IMG/VR virus record: IMGVR_UViG_3300013132_000036
Span: 20,524-84,523 of that record
Source: a virus
Direction: 5' to 3' (one strand)
Length of the DNA stretch: 64,000 nt
Positions 25,445 through 36,783 of this stretch are shown here, one piece after another (positions within the stretch are counted from its first letter, which is position 1; every line of letters begins with the position of its first letter). The position numbers and the translations under genes are program-made. The notes beneath the pieces were generated by a model. It saw only the letters and a program-made list of their open reading frames with translations, ran no database searches and was not told the origin of the DNA.

Positions 25445-28400
25445 TTAAATTTTTCCTATATCTATAGAGAAACAGACAGAATAATTGAAAGAAGGATCTT
25501 TAGGAATTCTAAATTCGTATCTTAGATCATTTACTTTAGTGTATCTTACCTCTTCAGAATTAAAATATCCATTAATCAATTTCTGATAATCTGCTAAATT
25601 ACCTATTACTGGTACTAAAGTCTCATTTGATGACACCGGTACTTTTTTAAGATATCCTCTGTTTAGTTTAGATTGAAATATAGGAATTATATTTTGATTC
25701 ATATATTCTTTGAAATCGTCATCAATATCAGAAGTGTTTCCAAAACCAAATTCAGGAATTATGAATTTATTAAAAGATTCTTTGCCACCGTTTTCTAAGA
25801 AATATCTATTCAGCATTCTATCCATTAAAATAACACCTTTTAATTCAGTGGGGGTATTTTCCCATAGTATTTCATAGTTAGGGTAGTTATTATAATTTAG
25901 ATCTAGTACATCTTTTAATGACTGAAAATACACAAGCTGTTTCTGTGAATTTATCAAGTCTGGAGTCTGCATGAATTTGCTACCGAAGAAAGATTTTTGC
26001 TCCTTCATTACTCTAGTACCCGGGAGATTTACATATCCAGTAGGACCAGTGTATTCTCTATAAAATCCAGGATCCCAAGAACTTTCAAAAATAGAAAGAT
26101 TTCTTTTATCCACTGGGGTTTCTCCTATAATCGTGTAAACAGGATTATAAGGGGAATTTTGTCCGATTCTAAATATCCATTGAGGAGAGTACTTATAATA
26201 GTTAACATTTTTAGATACTCCAAAATTATCTTTATATGGACCAAAAGAACAATAAGAGTACTCTATAGGATCTATTACTTTTATACCCCCTCCCATGTAT
26301 TTTCCTCCATTTGCTACGTAGTAAACAGTAGAAGGGAAGTCATAAGGCACGTCTATCTCTACATAGGATCCAGTAGTTCCTGGTGTTCCAAATAGTGTAT
26401 ATCCCTGAGTTATCGAATCATTTGAAATATCGTTGCCAATTTGATTCTCGGAAAAATATATTTGATATCCAGTATTGCTAGCATCACTAAGATCGAAGTA
26501 ATAGATTACTCCCTTGATTAAATTTATTTCTCCCTGGGCCACACCGTTTATTTCTAAGCAACTAGTAGATCCAATATCGTAAGATGATGATTCTTCTGGT
26601 TTTTCAACAACCTTTACTGTGAATGTGTTATAGTTTGGTATTGTCCATGCAGGAACATCGTATTTTACATCTTCGAAATTTAAAACCTCTCTGAAGCTAG
26701 GAACGTATTCTCCTCCATATCTATAAAGCTCACTTTGTCCGTCGATATCCTCTGTTTCATATCCCACATTAAATACGCTTAACTCTTGTGGCTTATCTGT
26801 TATTTCTACTGGAACAATAACAGTTTCCTGTTCAAAGAACGAAGGCTTGATAAACTCTAAAACGAATTGGTTTTCTAACACCTTCGTGGTTTCCGATGTT
26901 TCATCCCACTCATAAGTTAAATAGTCTATATAAGGATATCCTGTGTTAACCCATAAGGAAAGATTAGCAAAAGATATTTTTTCTAAAATATTTTCCCAAT
27001 ATCCTATTCCGCCTTGTCTTTGGTAGATAGGAATATTTAAAAGCGATGAATAGTTTGCTATAGTTGGTATGTTAACAGGACCAGGTATACCAATATCACT
27101 GAAGTTAAACTGGTATCCTGGTTGTATATTGGTAAAATTTATAACACTCTGTCCAACCCCAGTAGGAAAAGGAAGGGTGTAGCCACTGTAAGGAGAAGGT
27201 CCAGCAATTCCATAGAAAGATCCAGGACTAGTTGTGTTAGGTCCAGAAATTGGATTTGGTTGAACCGAAGGAAGATAAGTGAAATTTATTTCATCTCTTA
27301 AATCCGTTTCATAATCAGGATTAGGAATAATATAAATTTCGCCCTCGTTCCCTACTGTACCGCTATTAACAGTTGAGAATAGTCCTTGGATGTTGGGAGC
27401 AGATGATATATTAAGTGCTGAAGATAGTTTGATATCTCCCACTGTAGGTAATTCTACTAATCCAGAAGGAAGTGAAGAACTAACAACGGTAGAAAAATAG
27501 GAGCTATCTAGTTTGTCTTTCAATGAGTATAATAAGAAATAATCTAAATCTAGATATTGATTTTCTGGACTTATATTTTCAAAATTCAAAACCCTAGCAT
27601 CTTCAATTAAAACCTCTATGATAAAAGTTATATTCTTAAATGTTCTATTCTCTACTACTTTTATCTTAACTGGGGTTTGTATTTCATCTAGTATGTTTTT
27701 TACAGGCACTATAACACAAGAGAACTTATAGTCATCATAAAATCTATCATCCTCGATGTATTTAATTGATTCTCCCTGTGCATAGTCAGTGAATGTCCTT
27801 TTAATTCTTACCTTAGCACCCCTAAATAATGTTTCTGAAAATTTACTACCACTATTAAAGTCAAACACCGAATATCTTTCGGTTAAACCTATTTTGTTTA
27901 TTGTTGTGCTTCCTGGATAATATTGTGCTAAGTCATCTCCCTCGATTGAAAAATAATCTAAGAAATAATCCCTTAAGGCTGGATTTGCATCCGACAAGAA
28001 GGAAAGATTGATTTCACTAGCTAGATAATTTTTGTCAGAATGTATACTTTCTTCTGGAAAAGAATAAGGCGGTTTTTGTAACTGGTACCATTCGTGAGTA
28101 AAGTATTGCGGATCCTGTGCTCTTCTAAAGAAACTCGGTGAAAAATTTAAAGGACTAAAAGCTATATTAGCATTTAATCTATATCCATTTCCTCTAATAT
28201 CTGTTCCTCCTCTATAAACCCATTTAGTTATATAAGGACTAACTCTACTGTTGGTAGCAAATAATGGATTATAATTATCCTTCGTGTAGTCATATTCAGA
28301 ACTTAGCTTACCAAAATTTAACTGTTTATATTTTGTGTCTAATCCTATGGCATTATCAATAAACTCAAGAGACTGTATACCGTAAAATCCAGGAAAAGAA

Positions 28401-31072
28401 TCTAAGTCCGGATAAAAGGAATAATCAAAATTACTAGTGGTAACTCCAGTCGTAATGTTTCCTCTTGATGACAATGTCGGAAAAACATTAGACTCTGCTC
28501 CAGTAGAACCGGTGGCTAATGTATACTCTTCTTCTCCTGCTATCCCTTCAAAGAAATCCGGTCCAATTATAGTATTAATTGGGGATCCTGAAGTTGGATA
28601 TATTATTGTCGCTCCAGAAGATACGAAGTATGTTTTTCCTGGAACTATTTTAGTTATTCCTGAAGGTTGAACATCTAAATGTTTATAGTACTCAGATGTT
28701 GGAGTATATCCATATTGGCTATACCAGAAATCCATATCTATTTCTCTTAATCCATAGAAAGAAAAAATTCCTAGCGGAACGTCATACGTATCAAATGCTG
28801 AAATAGATCCAGATGTACCAAAAGCTATTGATTCAGTAAAATTAGATATTTCGAGCGTGGCGTGTGTTTCAAAATCCTTAAGTCCTACTATTTCACCTTT
28901 CTCGTCTTTAGCATATTGATCAACAAACCTATACTTTCCTACAACAATAGAAGCTCCCCTGTTTGAGTATTCTGGTATATTATTAAATGAATCTGTGGAT
29001 GTACTTTTTATAGTTTCTATAAACGTTTTGCCTATCTCTATCTTATTTGCATCCTCTATCTTAACCTTAACTCTTGTATTAGCATAATTAGATCCGCCTA
29101 AGAATGATTGTCTCTGATTTATATCACAAACATCTTTTTCATTTATAAAGACAATGCCTCTTTTGGTATCAGGCATTCTTTGGGATGTTGTAAAATTCTG
29201 AAAAAAGTCTAAATAATATTTAGTGTTCTCCTGTATACCAACTGCATTTGTTCTTATTACAATCTCGTCTCCTGAATTAAAGGCCTCAAATGAGTTGTAA
29301 TTGAAACTATTGAAAATACCGGTTAAAGCCTCTGCAATTTCTTCATTTGTTCCAAAGGGATGATAATAATAAACATTGTCCTGGGCATAAAAGCTTCCAG
29401 GTCCCCACTCATCAATAGTAGAAGAAAGATCCGATGCTCTAATTATGTCATATTTAGCGCCAGGTAATCCATGATAGCCTAAAGGATTATAAAATATAAA
29501 TGAATTCTCGTTATAATTATTTAGCTCTCCTGCTATTCTAATAACGCTGTACCCTCTTCCTTTCTGTCCTGTAGTTACTGCAGGATATTGCTTTCTAGTA
29601 TCTACGTCCTTTCCTGATAATAAAGATAGGTCTAGAGATGTATCTTGTATTACTAATTGGTTCTCGTATCCATTTATTCCGTAAACTGAATACAGTGGAT
29701 CTGGTGATGAATTTCCATAATCTTCGTACCTTTTTAGAGAGTGAAAATTATCTTTCTTGTCTTTTATCCAAAAAAGTTTAGTTTCCTCTAATATGTTTAC
29801 GTCATCTGAGTTTGGTATAACCCCCGATATGTAGTTAGGATCTAAATATAATCTTACTCCATTGTCATTATATTGGTAATAAGAATTTTCTTGGTAATAG
29901 TATCCTTTATTATTTTTTTCAGGAACTGGGGTGTTTCCAGAGGTTCCTTGACTTTTGTAAAGTGCATCCCCATCTATCTTAAAATTAGCTATCTCTGGGG
30001 CATTAACATATAACCCAAAATATCTATTTATAGTGTAATTGGAAGAGTCGTTGTCATTAAATAAAAACTCTAGATTTAAAAGCTTATAGCTTAATACCCC
30101 ATTGTTTCTGAATCCGTTAGTTATAAAATCTTCGAATCCTATTTGGGTTTCTGGATTTTTATAATAATCTATTAAATAATCCCCTTTCTTATCAAATATT
30201 CCAACTTGATAATTAACACCATTAAAAGTAGTTAACTGATTTTCTTCAAATCTAACATCTATTAGACTATCAGTATACCCAGGAGTATTTTTTATCTTTC
30301 TTAGATATTTACCTATTTTAGAATCGGCAGTTAAATCAAAACTTGCTACAACAGTAGACTTTGGTAATATCTTATCGTAGAAATGATCCTCCGTGTTTTC
30401 AACATTTCCCATGTTGTATAATGGGTCCAAAAGTATTACAGATCCTTGTCCCTGTACAACATTAAAACTAAAAGAAGTAGCAGTGAAAACATTGCCATCT
30501 GTGTAAGTTTGTGTTCCTGAAGATATCTGGAAAGGAAGGTATCCAGCACTTTGTGGATCTATTGAGGTGTCCTGTAAAACTTTATATGTGCTTCCGATAA
30601 CAAGAGAAGTTACTGGAACTTTGTATGAATAATCTATCGGATCATTTAATTTAAAAATAACAAAATGATCAGGTATATCTTCACCTAACCAAAATGGAGC
30701 TAGGTAAGAGAAATCTTCATCATATTTGTCGGAGATTAAAGGAGAAACACCAGAGCTATAAAAAAAACTGTAGCTGTCTGATAAATCCTTTATCTGGTTC
30801 TGGACCGGATCTCCTTCACCAAACATACCAAAAACAAACTGTGATGGGGTTTTACCCTCTCTGAAAAATCTATAAAGATCCTTATCATAAGAAGTTTCTG
30901 GAGATATCCTAAAGCCTTTATAATAGCTGTTAGACATCTCAGAATTAGAATCTATAGAATTAAGCCATATATCACTTTTGGAATCAACTGTAATTTTTAC
31001 ATTTCCGGATATTCTTGGATTGGCTCTGAGAACTCCAAAAGAAGAATTTTGTTTAATTATTTTCCTTGCCAC
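25445..31072 (-). CDS. Large virion structural protein (baseplate/tail)
   Basis: 1875 aa; module YYFDLSDASNTGY...GTPGTTGSY...PSTVYY is typical of T4-like virion proteins; structural context. Confidence 0.6.
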   Translation of the reverse strand: MARKIIKQNSSFGVLRANPRISGNVKITVDSKSDIWLNSIDSNSEMSNSYYKGFRISPETSYDKDLYRFFREGKTPSQFVFGMFGEGDPVQNQIKDLSDSYSFFYSSGVSPLISDKYDEDFSYLAPFWLGEDIPDHFVIFKLNDPIDYSYKVPVTSLVIGSTYKVLQDTSIDPQSAGYLPFQISSGTQTYTDGNVFTATSFSFNVVQGQGSVILLDPLYNMGNVENTEDHFYDKILPKSTVVASFDLTADSKIGKYLRKIKNTPGYTDSLIDVRFEENQLTTFNGVNYQVGIFDKKGDYLIDYYKNPETQIGFEDFITNGFRNNGVLSYKLLNLEFLFNDNDSSNYTINRYFGLYVNAPEIANFKIDGDALYKSQGTSGNTPVPEKNNKGYYYQENSYYQYNDNGVRLYLDPNYISGVIPNSDDVNILEETKLFWIKDKKDNFHSLKRYEDYGNSSPDPLYSVYGINGYENQLVIQDTSLDLSLLSGKDVDTRKQYPAVTTGQKGRGYSVIRIAGELNNYNENSFIFYNPLGYHGLPGAKYDIIRASDLSSTIDEWGPGSFYAQDNVYYYHPFGTNEEIAEALTGIFNSFNYNSFEAFNSGDEIVIRTNAVGIQENTKYYLDFFQNFTTSQRMPDTKRGIVFINEKDVCDINQRQSFLGGSNYANTRVKVKIEDANKIEIGKTFIETIKSTSTDSFNNIPEYSNRGASIVVGKYRFVDQYAKDEKGEIVGLKDFETHATLEISNFTESIAFGTSGSISAFDTYDVPLGIFSFYGLREIDMDFWYSQYGYTPTSEYYKHLDVQPSGITKIVPGKTYFVSSGATIIYPTSGSPINTIIGPDFFEGIAGEEEYTLATGSTGAESNVFPTLSSRGNITTGVTTSNFDYSFYPDLDSFPGFYGIQSLEFIDNAIGLDTKYKQLNFGKLSSEYDYTKDNYNPLFATNSRVSPYITKWVYRGGTDIRGNGYRLNANIAFSPLNFSPSFFRRAQDPQYFTHEWYQLQKPPYSFPEESIHSDKNYLASEINLSFLSDANPALRDYFLDYFSIEGDDLAQYYPGSTTINKIGLTERYSVFDFNSGSKFSETLFRGAKVRIKRTFTDYAQGESIKYIEDDRFYDDYKFSCVIVPVKNILDEIQTPVKIKVVENRTFKNITFIIEVLIEDARVLNFENISPENQYLDLDYFLLYSLKDKLDSSYFSTVVSSSLPSGLVELPTVGDIKLSSALNISSAPNIQGLFSTVNSGTVGNEGEIYIIPNPDYETDLRDEINFTYLPSVQPNPISGPNTTSPGSFYGIAGPSPYSGYTLPFPTGVGQSVINFTNIQPGYQFNFSDIGIPGPVNIPTIANYSSLLNIPIYQRQGGIGYWENILEKISFANLSLWVNTGYPYIDYLTYEWDETSETTKVLENQFVLEFIKPSFFEQETVIVPVEITDKPQELSVFNVGYETEDIDGQSELYRYGGEYVPSFREVLNFEDVKYDVPAWTIPNYNTFTVKVVEKPEESSSYDIGSTSCLEINGVAQGEINLIKGVIYYFDLSDASNTGYQIYFSENQIGNDISNDSITQGYTLFGTPGTTGSYVEIDVPYDFPSTVYYVANGGKYMGGGIKVIDPIEYSYCSFGPYKDNFGVSKNVNYYKYSPQWIFRIGQNSPYNPVYTIIGETPVDKRNLSIFESSWDPGFYREYTGPTGYVNLPGTRVMKEQKSFFGSKFMQTPDLINSQKQLVYFQSLKDVLDLNYNNYPNYEILWENTPTELKGVILMDRMLNRYFLENGGKESFNKFIIPEFGFGNTSDIDDDFKEYMNQNIIPIFQSKLNRGYLKKVPVSSNETLVPVIGNLADYQKLINGYFNSEEVRYTKVNDLRYEFRIPKDPSFNYSVCFSIDIGKI

Positions 31073-31075
31073 TTA

Positions 31076-34000
31076 CTAGATAGTTGTTTTCTTACTTTGA
31101 GAATAAGCTGGTGAAACTAACGAAGTCTTAGTATAACTTCCTGACACTAAAACATCGAAAGAAAAAAGATCTTCGTTTTTTACCTGTATATCTATTCCTA
31201 TTTTCTTAGTGTAGGTAATATTCTTAAGGTTACCTGCAGATCTCCATCCTCCAACGTATCCTAGTTTATCTTGAGCTCTCATTTGAAAAACAAGTGGTAC
31301 TGTTATAGCATTCTCCTGACCAAAATCTAATGTCTTTTTAGCCAATTGAGTAGATCCTTCTATCTGAACCGCTGTGTGATTAGTAGGAGCTAAAAATAAA
31401 TAGGATCCACAAGAGAACTTACCACATAGGAATTCGTCAGTTTCTACAAATCCTAGTTTATTAGGATATGAGTTATCGTCAGTACCAAAAGAAGACCCGG
31501 AGTTAGCTGGATAATATTCCAACTGTTGGTACGAAGAAGATTGAGTTCCTGGTACAGAAGCTGATATATTTGTATCAGTCTCAAATCCTAAAGCGTGTCT
31601 AAAAGAGGGATAATTCATAGGTCCTGCAGGTAAAACTGAAGGCCTTATCAATGATTCAAAAATTGTTGAATTTCCGTCGTTTATATCAGGATGAGAAATA
31701 TGGATACAGAACTCATTAAGATCCCCATTAATATCTGGTGATCCACCTGTGTATGTACCACTCCATATATTAGCGTTAGCACCCGCACTTACCACACTTG
31801 TTGTAGATGGTTTAAATGGTATTATTATGCCATCATTATTTATAGGTAACTGGCTGCCTCCCACTGTTGAACCATTATCTATGTTCCATGCTAATGTTGT
31901 GGAAGGAACAAAATATAATCCCTCGTCAAGTCCTACACTCTTATATCTATTATAAACAAACTGTGAGTATGCGTTTCCACTTTGATATCCAGAAGCTTGA
32001 ACAAAAGATCCAGGAGAAGATGTATTAACATTAGCATCAACAATACCAGAAAGCTGAATTGGAGTTTCTCCGTACTTCCTATTATTGTTGTAATCAGCCT
32101 GACTAGTAATAGAATTTGGTGCTTTAACTCCTTGACCTCCTGGTATTAATGAAGAAAGTTCTAGTGGTGTTGCTGCTTCGTTTCTTAATTCTAGATAGTA
32201 AACAACGTTTGCTATCTTACCTTTGTTACTAGGATTTGAAAGATCTATAAGTTGATCATAGTATCCAGCAAATAAGTTTATAGTACTTCCAGGATTCACT
32301 TTGTTAGAAGTGTTTCCACTTCTAATATAAACACCTAATGTTCCTTTAGCTCTAGCAATCAATGCTCTTAATGATTGTAGTTCGTTATCAATTTGTGTTA
32401 GCTTCTGGAAAAGATCTAGCGCCTTCCCTGTTGCATCAAAAAATCCAGATGCAATCACTGAAGAATTATGAGCGTAAAATTTATCACCCGATGTGAATTG
32501 AGTAGATAAATGCTGATCTAACCCTTTTGCCTGTAAATCGCTTTGTACTTTAGAAACTGCTGTGTCTGTGTTGTTTTGTACAATAAAAGATGAGTTGTCA
32601 ACCTCGACAACAAGATCTGGTGGAAAATCAACTATTGCCGATGTTGACCAATCAGAAGTTAAAGGGTTAGTTGGCCATCCAGCTTCAGATACTGACTGTA
32701 CTTGGATTTCTACTTTTTCCCCTTTTGTTATAGAAATATCTAGCTGGTTTATATTGACTGTATTAGCGTCGCTAACGTCTTCAATTTGCCATACATATGT
32801 TCCAGTATTAGTATCATATACTTTCTTCCTTACGTCGCTTTTAAATTGAATCCAGTTAGTAAACTGACCAGTTTTTGCTACGCCATTGTTATCAATGTAA
32901 TCTATCTGATCTACTCCGTTGGGATTACCTGTCAAAGAAAGATATCTGTATCTTACATTAAACTGAACTATATTTTGCTCTCCAGTTTTAGGATCAATTA
33001 TAGGTTCAGGTATAGGCCAAAATCCCCTTACTCTATATTTAGGTGCTTCAGTTAATTCCGGTACCGCTATAATTAAATTGTTTAATTCTGTTATCGTGGT
33101 AGCTACCAATTCAGTTTTAACACTTTTGTCTTTTGTGAGAGCACTAATTTTATCATTTAACTTTTTAAATTCTGCGGTTGGTGTTTTACCAACAGAAGTT
33201 GTCGTTAGTTCGGATAATTGTTTTCTAGTTTGATCTATTGCTCTATCTATAGAATCCACTTCATTCTTAAGTGTATTCTTAGTTTTAACCTTATCTTTAA
33301 AAGCGTCGCTCTCTTTAGAGTTTGTTATTTGTGAATTTACCCTTACAACTTTAAAGTTACCAGGAGAAACTACAGGAGCTGCTGGGGTTTGTCCGTATAT
33401 AGCGGGAATAGTATTATCTTTTGCAGATGCTATAAATATTTTTCCAAAATCAGAAACCTGAGAGTTGTAAAAAGCCTCTAATGTTTTTACTCCGTCAGTA
33501 GTTGATATCTGAAGCTCATTAGACCAGAAGCAAATTCCTGGGCTATATTTACTAGACGCAACATTAAAATCGCCATCAATAGATTTGATAAATACTCCCT
33601 GTCTTTCATCGAATCCAACATTTACCCCTACCTGTCTATTAGACAACACATTAGAATATATTGTTAATACTGAATCTCCCAGCTGTATAGGTTCAAATCC
33701 AAATAATCTTTTAACTACCACGGTTTGATTAGTGGAATCAATCGATGTTATTTCATATTTAGTTCCTCCAGCAGTTATTAATATATCACCTTTGGTTAAT
33801 GTTCTAGAGTTTTGTGTATCTGCTAAAACGTCGTTGTATTTTAGAGTATTAAGTTTGTATTTTCTAACTGTATTAGTAGTTGTTGTTCCATTTACAGTTA
33901 TCTGTACTTCCTCATCAAATATTCTTAATACTCCAAAAGAACCTGTATATCTTATTGTTCTTAGATCTAAATCATTTATTTGTTCGTCAATAAAATACTG

Positions 34001-34576
34001 AATGCCTTGGCTCTCTAACGAAGCTATAAAATCAGCATCGCTTAAATCATTTCTACCTTTAATATTATTGTCAAAATATTGCTTCTGTACATCAGATTGT
34101 GTGTTAGCAATTATTCTTTTTACATAAACACTTTCTGAATTTTCAGGTATTTGATTTTCAACATCGATTTCTATATAAAGAAGAGGATTTAGAAAAGATT
34201 CAAAAAACCAATTATTTCTAGCTTGGAATGTCGAAGGAACCTGTAGACTAGCAGGAGATGATGGATCTTTTAGTGTTTTAGCTTGATATATTTTAGCAAC
34301 TGTTCCGTCCGGATTTCTAACATTCGCTCTGTTATCTTCTAATCCAGATAAGGCTTTTATATTTTGGTCCAGCCTGTTTATTTCTGTTTTTAAATATCCG
34401 AATGATGGTATTTGTATATTTTCAGAAGTGTTATCATCCATCAGGAATTCTATCTCAACAGAATCCTTAGAAGATGTTGTCACATCATTAAGCTTATTTA
34501 TAATCTCAAGAGAGTTTTTCTGTAGCCTAAGAAACTGTGCTATTAATGATGAAAATGAATTTTTAGTATTCGACAT
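31076..34576 (-). CDS. Large virion structural protein with coiled-coil segments
   Basis: 1166 aa; coiled coils near residues 430-500 and 720-745, flanked by beta-rich regions. Confidence 0.55.
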   Translation of the reverse strand: MSNTKNSFSSLIAQFLRLQKNSLEIINKLNDVTTSSKDSVEIEFLMDDNTSENIQIPSFGYLKTEINRLDQNIKALSGLEDNRANVRNPDGTVAKIYQAKTLKDPSSPASLQVPSTFQARNNWFFESFLNPLLYIEIDVENQIPENSESVYVKRIIANTQSDVQKQYFDNNIKGRNDLSDADFIASLESQGIQYFIDEQINDLDLRTIRYTGSFGVLRIFDEEVQITVNGTTTTNTVRKYKLNTLKYNDVLADTQNSRTLTKGDILITAGGTKYEITSIDSTNQTVVVKRLFGFEPIQLGDSVLTIYSNVLSNRQVGVNVGFDERQGVFIKSIDGDFNVASSKYSPGICFWSNELQISTTDGVKTLEAFYNSQVSDFGKIFIASAKDNTIPAIYGQTPAAPVVSPGNFKVVRVNSQITNSKESDAFKDKVKTKNTLKNEVDSIDRAIDQTRKQLSELTTTSVGKTPTAEFKKLNDKISALTKDKSVKTELVATTITELNNLIIAVPELTEAPKYRVRGFWPIPEPIIDPKTGEQNIVQFNVRYRYLSLTGNPNGVDQIDYIDNNGVAKTGQFTNWIQFKSDVRKKVYDTNTGTYVWQIEDVSDANTVNINQLDISITKGEKVEIQVQSVSEAGWPTNPLTSDWSTSAIVDFPPDLVVEVDNSSFIVQNNTDTAVSKVQSDLQAKGLDQHLSTQFTSGDKFYAHNSSVIASGFFDATGKALDLFQKLTQIDNELQSLRALIARAKGTLGVYIRSGNTSNKVNPGSTINLFAGYYDQLIDLSNPSNKGKIANVVYYLELRNEAATPLELSSLIPGGQGVKAPNSITSQADYNNNRKYGETPIQLSGIVDANVNTSSPGSFVQASGYQSGNAYSQFVYNRYKSVGLDEGLYFVPSTTLAWNIDNGSTVGGSQLPINNDGIIIPFKPSTTSVVSAGANANIWSGTYTGGSPDINGDLNEFCIHISHPDINDGNSTIFESLIRPSVLPAGPMNYPSFRHALGFETDTNISASVPGTQSSSYQQLEYYPANSGSSFGTDDNSYPNKLGFVETDEFLCGKFSCGSYLFLAPTNHTAVQIEGSTQLAKKTLDFGQENAITVPLVFQMRAQDKLGYVGGWRSAGNLKNITYTKKIGIDIQVKNEDLFSFDVLVSGSYTKTSLVSPAYSQSKKTTI

Positions 34577-34582
34577 TTTTTT

Positions 34583-36766
34583 TTATTTTATTTGATCAAC
34601 TTCAAATATTAAGTTCTTATCATCTATACAAACAATATCAAAAATTGGTTTATAATTAGATCCAGAAAACTGCGTGTTAAGGAATCCTGCAACTACAGAA
34701 GAATATGGTACTCCTGAAGGGGTTGATTTAGGATATTCACCTAATGCGTCAGTTAAAATAACAAGTGAATAATTTCCTAGATCTATATCATCTCCTATAA
34801 CAAGTCTTAAAACTTGTCCTTTTTTCCATTTGTTTATGCTGTCATCTATTCTTATAACAATGTCATTATTAGCTGTTATTGAAACTCCGTTATTTTTATG
34901 CTTCAAATAGTTAGTATAAATCGAAAGAGGAATAGTATTTCCTGCCACCGGATTTATAGTAAACAACGAATTGGTTGAAATATTATAATCCTGTTGTGTG
35001 ACATTAACTTTTAATATATTAGGAGTGTTTCTATCTACTGATGTTCCGTCACCGTCTTTTAATAGGTCAAGATTATATGACATATTAATAGAAGTCTGAT
35101 TCTGTAATATGTCGTTGATTGTATCGCTATTGTTTTCTATAAGACTTAGAATATCCTGCGTGTTATCGAAAAGAGCCTGATTTGCTTGTAAAGAAGCCTC
35201 GATTACATCTAATCTTGCTTTTATCTCTGTGCTGTCGTCAGTGTTTATTATCAGATCTTTAAGATCATTGATATCATTCTGCATACTAGCTATCTGCAAT
35301 GTCCTGTCATTAAGATTCTTAGCGGCATCTTGTAAAACAGTAGCTGCGTCCATAAAGATGGAAAGTGAAAAAGATGAGTAGTCATTAATAGCCTGCTCAA
35401 CTCCAGTGCTTTCCACATCGGTATCAAACTTTAGGTTTATTTTAAACCCGTAAGAATTACCATTAAGTTTAGTAATTGCATCTGGCTTAAATTTCTTAAA
35501 CGAGGGAAGCTTGGCTGCGTTTGTCGAAACAGGCTCAGGATCATTTAAGAAAAGAATTCCATAAAGATTAGTTTCTGAATCGGTGGGATTATTAGGATCA
35601 TAAACATCATAATAAACTAAAACTGCATTAAACTCAAAAGAAGTTGTAATAGGGGTTCCGTTCCATTCTTCAATCGTTGAAATTCCCACGTAATTTTGAA
35701 TAGCTTTGTATGATGCTGGATCAAAATCTATCTGAACTCCATCAAGATTGTTTCTTTTATATGTTACAGAGTAGCCACCAGGACCAGAAACTGCTAAGTA
35801 TTTTTCAATTTCATAGTTACTACTATCGAAAAAAGTGGGATCAGTAAAATACGAATTAGCCTCATCTCTTGGGGAATACCAATTGTTTGTAAAAGATCCA
35901 GTTGCAGATGTTCCACTAACACCAGGTTCTCCTAAAACGTCCTGATCAAATATTGCTAATTTAGGTAATCCATTAGGACCGTATAGACCAGAAGCAGAAT
36001 CACGTCCCTGGATATATTCAGTATCAGTTGGATCAAGAGGTAAGTGTGTCCATGTTCTATCCGGATAATAATTTTCGTCTGCTATTGTTTTAAATAAAAC
36101 ATAAGGCGTTCCTCCGTCTCCGGTAGGTACATGAATATAAACCTCTGAATATGCGTTTTCTGAATTTTGTACAGAGTTTACAACGTCTATGTCCCCTATA
36201 TACTGAACTATTCTTTCGTATCTAGGATTAGGTGTTCCGTTTCCTGTTAATAAAGTGTCCTCCTCTACCCATCTTTTATCGGAATATGGATATCCATCTT
36301 TTGATGTTGTCAGTGTTTGATTTAGGGAGGCAACTACTTCATTCGTGTTTGCTGTCCTATATCTAACACCCCCTAGTTCTTTAACCCATTTCCAAAAAAC
36401 CCTTTCTGAAACGTTTCTTTTTAAATCCTGATTATAATTAGGATCTGAAATAATAGTTGACTCTAGGTTTAAACAATAATTTTGAAAAGAGATCTCTGGT
36501 GAAGGACTTAAATTATTTGGATTTGTTAATATAAAATCCCCAGCAGCAGCATCTAAAAAAGTCGTATCGATAGCATTAAACTGTAAGGTGTTCTCTCCAT
36601 ATGTCGGAGTTCCGAATTCTGGGAGTTTTAATAAAGCATATTTAGAGAAAGTAAATTTCTTTAATGAATTATTAAAGGTTAAAGATAAATCCTCTGCAGA
36701 AGAAGAGAAGGTATAAAAGGTGCCTCCTTGAACTGCTATAGGTCTTATATAAGGTGTCTTTGCCAT
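34583..36766 (-). CDS. Virion structural protein
   Basis: 727 aa; beta-rich N-terminal part, coiled coil near residues 475-560. Confidence 0.55.
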   Translation of the reverse strand: MAKTPYIRPIAVQGGTFYTFSSSAEDLSLTFNNSLKKFTFSKYALLKLPEFGTPTYGENTLQFNAIDTTFLDAAAGDFILTNPNNLSPSPEISFQNYCLNLESTIISDPNYNQDLKRNVSERVFWKWVKELGGVRYRTANTNEVVASLNQTLTTSKDGYPYSDKRWVEEDTLLTGNGTPNPRYERIVQYIGDIDVVNSVQNSENAYSEVYIHVPTGDGGTPYVLFKTIADENYYPDRTWTHLPLDPTDTEYIQGRDSASGLYGPNGLPKLAIFDQDVLGEPGVSGTSATGSFTNNWYSPRDEANSYFTDPTFFDSSNYEIEKYLAVSGPGGYSVTYKRNNLDGVQIDFDPASYKAIQNYVGISTIEEWNGTPITTSFEFNAVLVYYDVYDPNNPTDSETNLYGILFLNDPEPVSTNAAKLPSFKKFKPDAITKLNGNSYGFKINLKFDTDVESTGVEQAINDYSSFSLSIFMDAATVLQDAAKNLNDRTLQIASMQNDINDLKDLIINTDDSTEIKARLDVIEASLQANQALFDNTQDILSLIENNSDTINDILQNQTSINMSYNLDLLKDGDGTSVDRNTPNILKVNVTQQDYNISTNSLFTINPVAGNTIPLSIYTNYLKHKNNGVSITANNDIVIRIDDSINKWKKGQVLRLVIGDDIDLGNYSLVILTDALGEYPKSTPSGVPYSSVVAGFLNTQFSGSNYKPIFDIVCIDDKNLIFEVDQIK

Positions 36767-36783
36767 CGATTATTTTTTCTTTA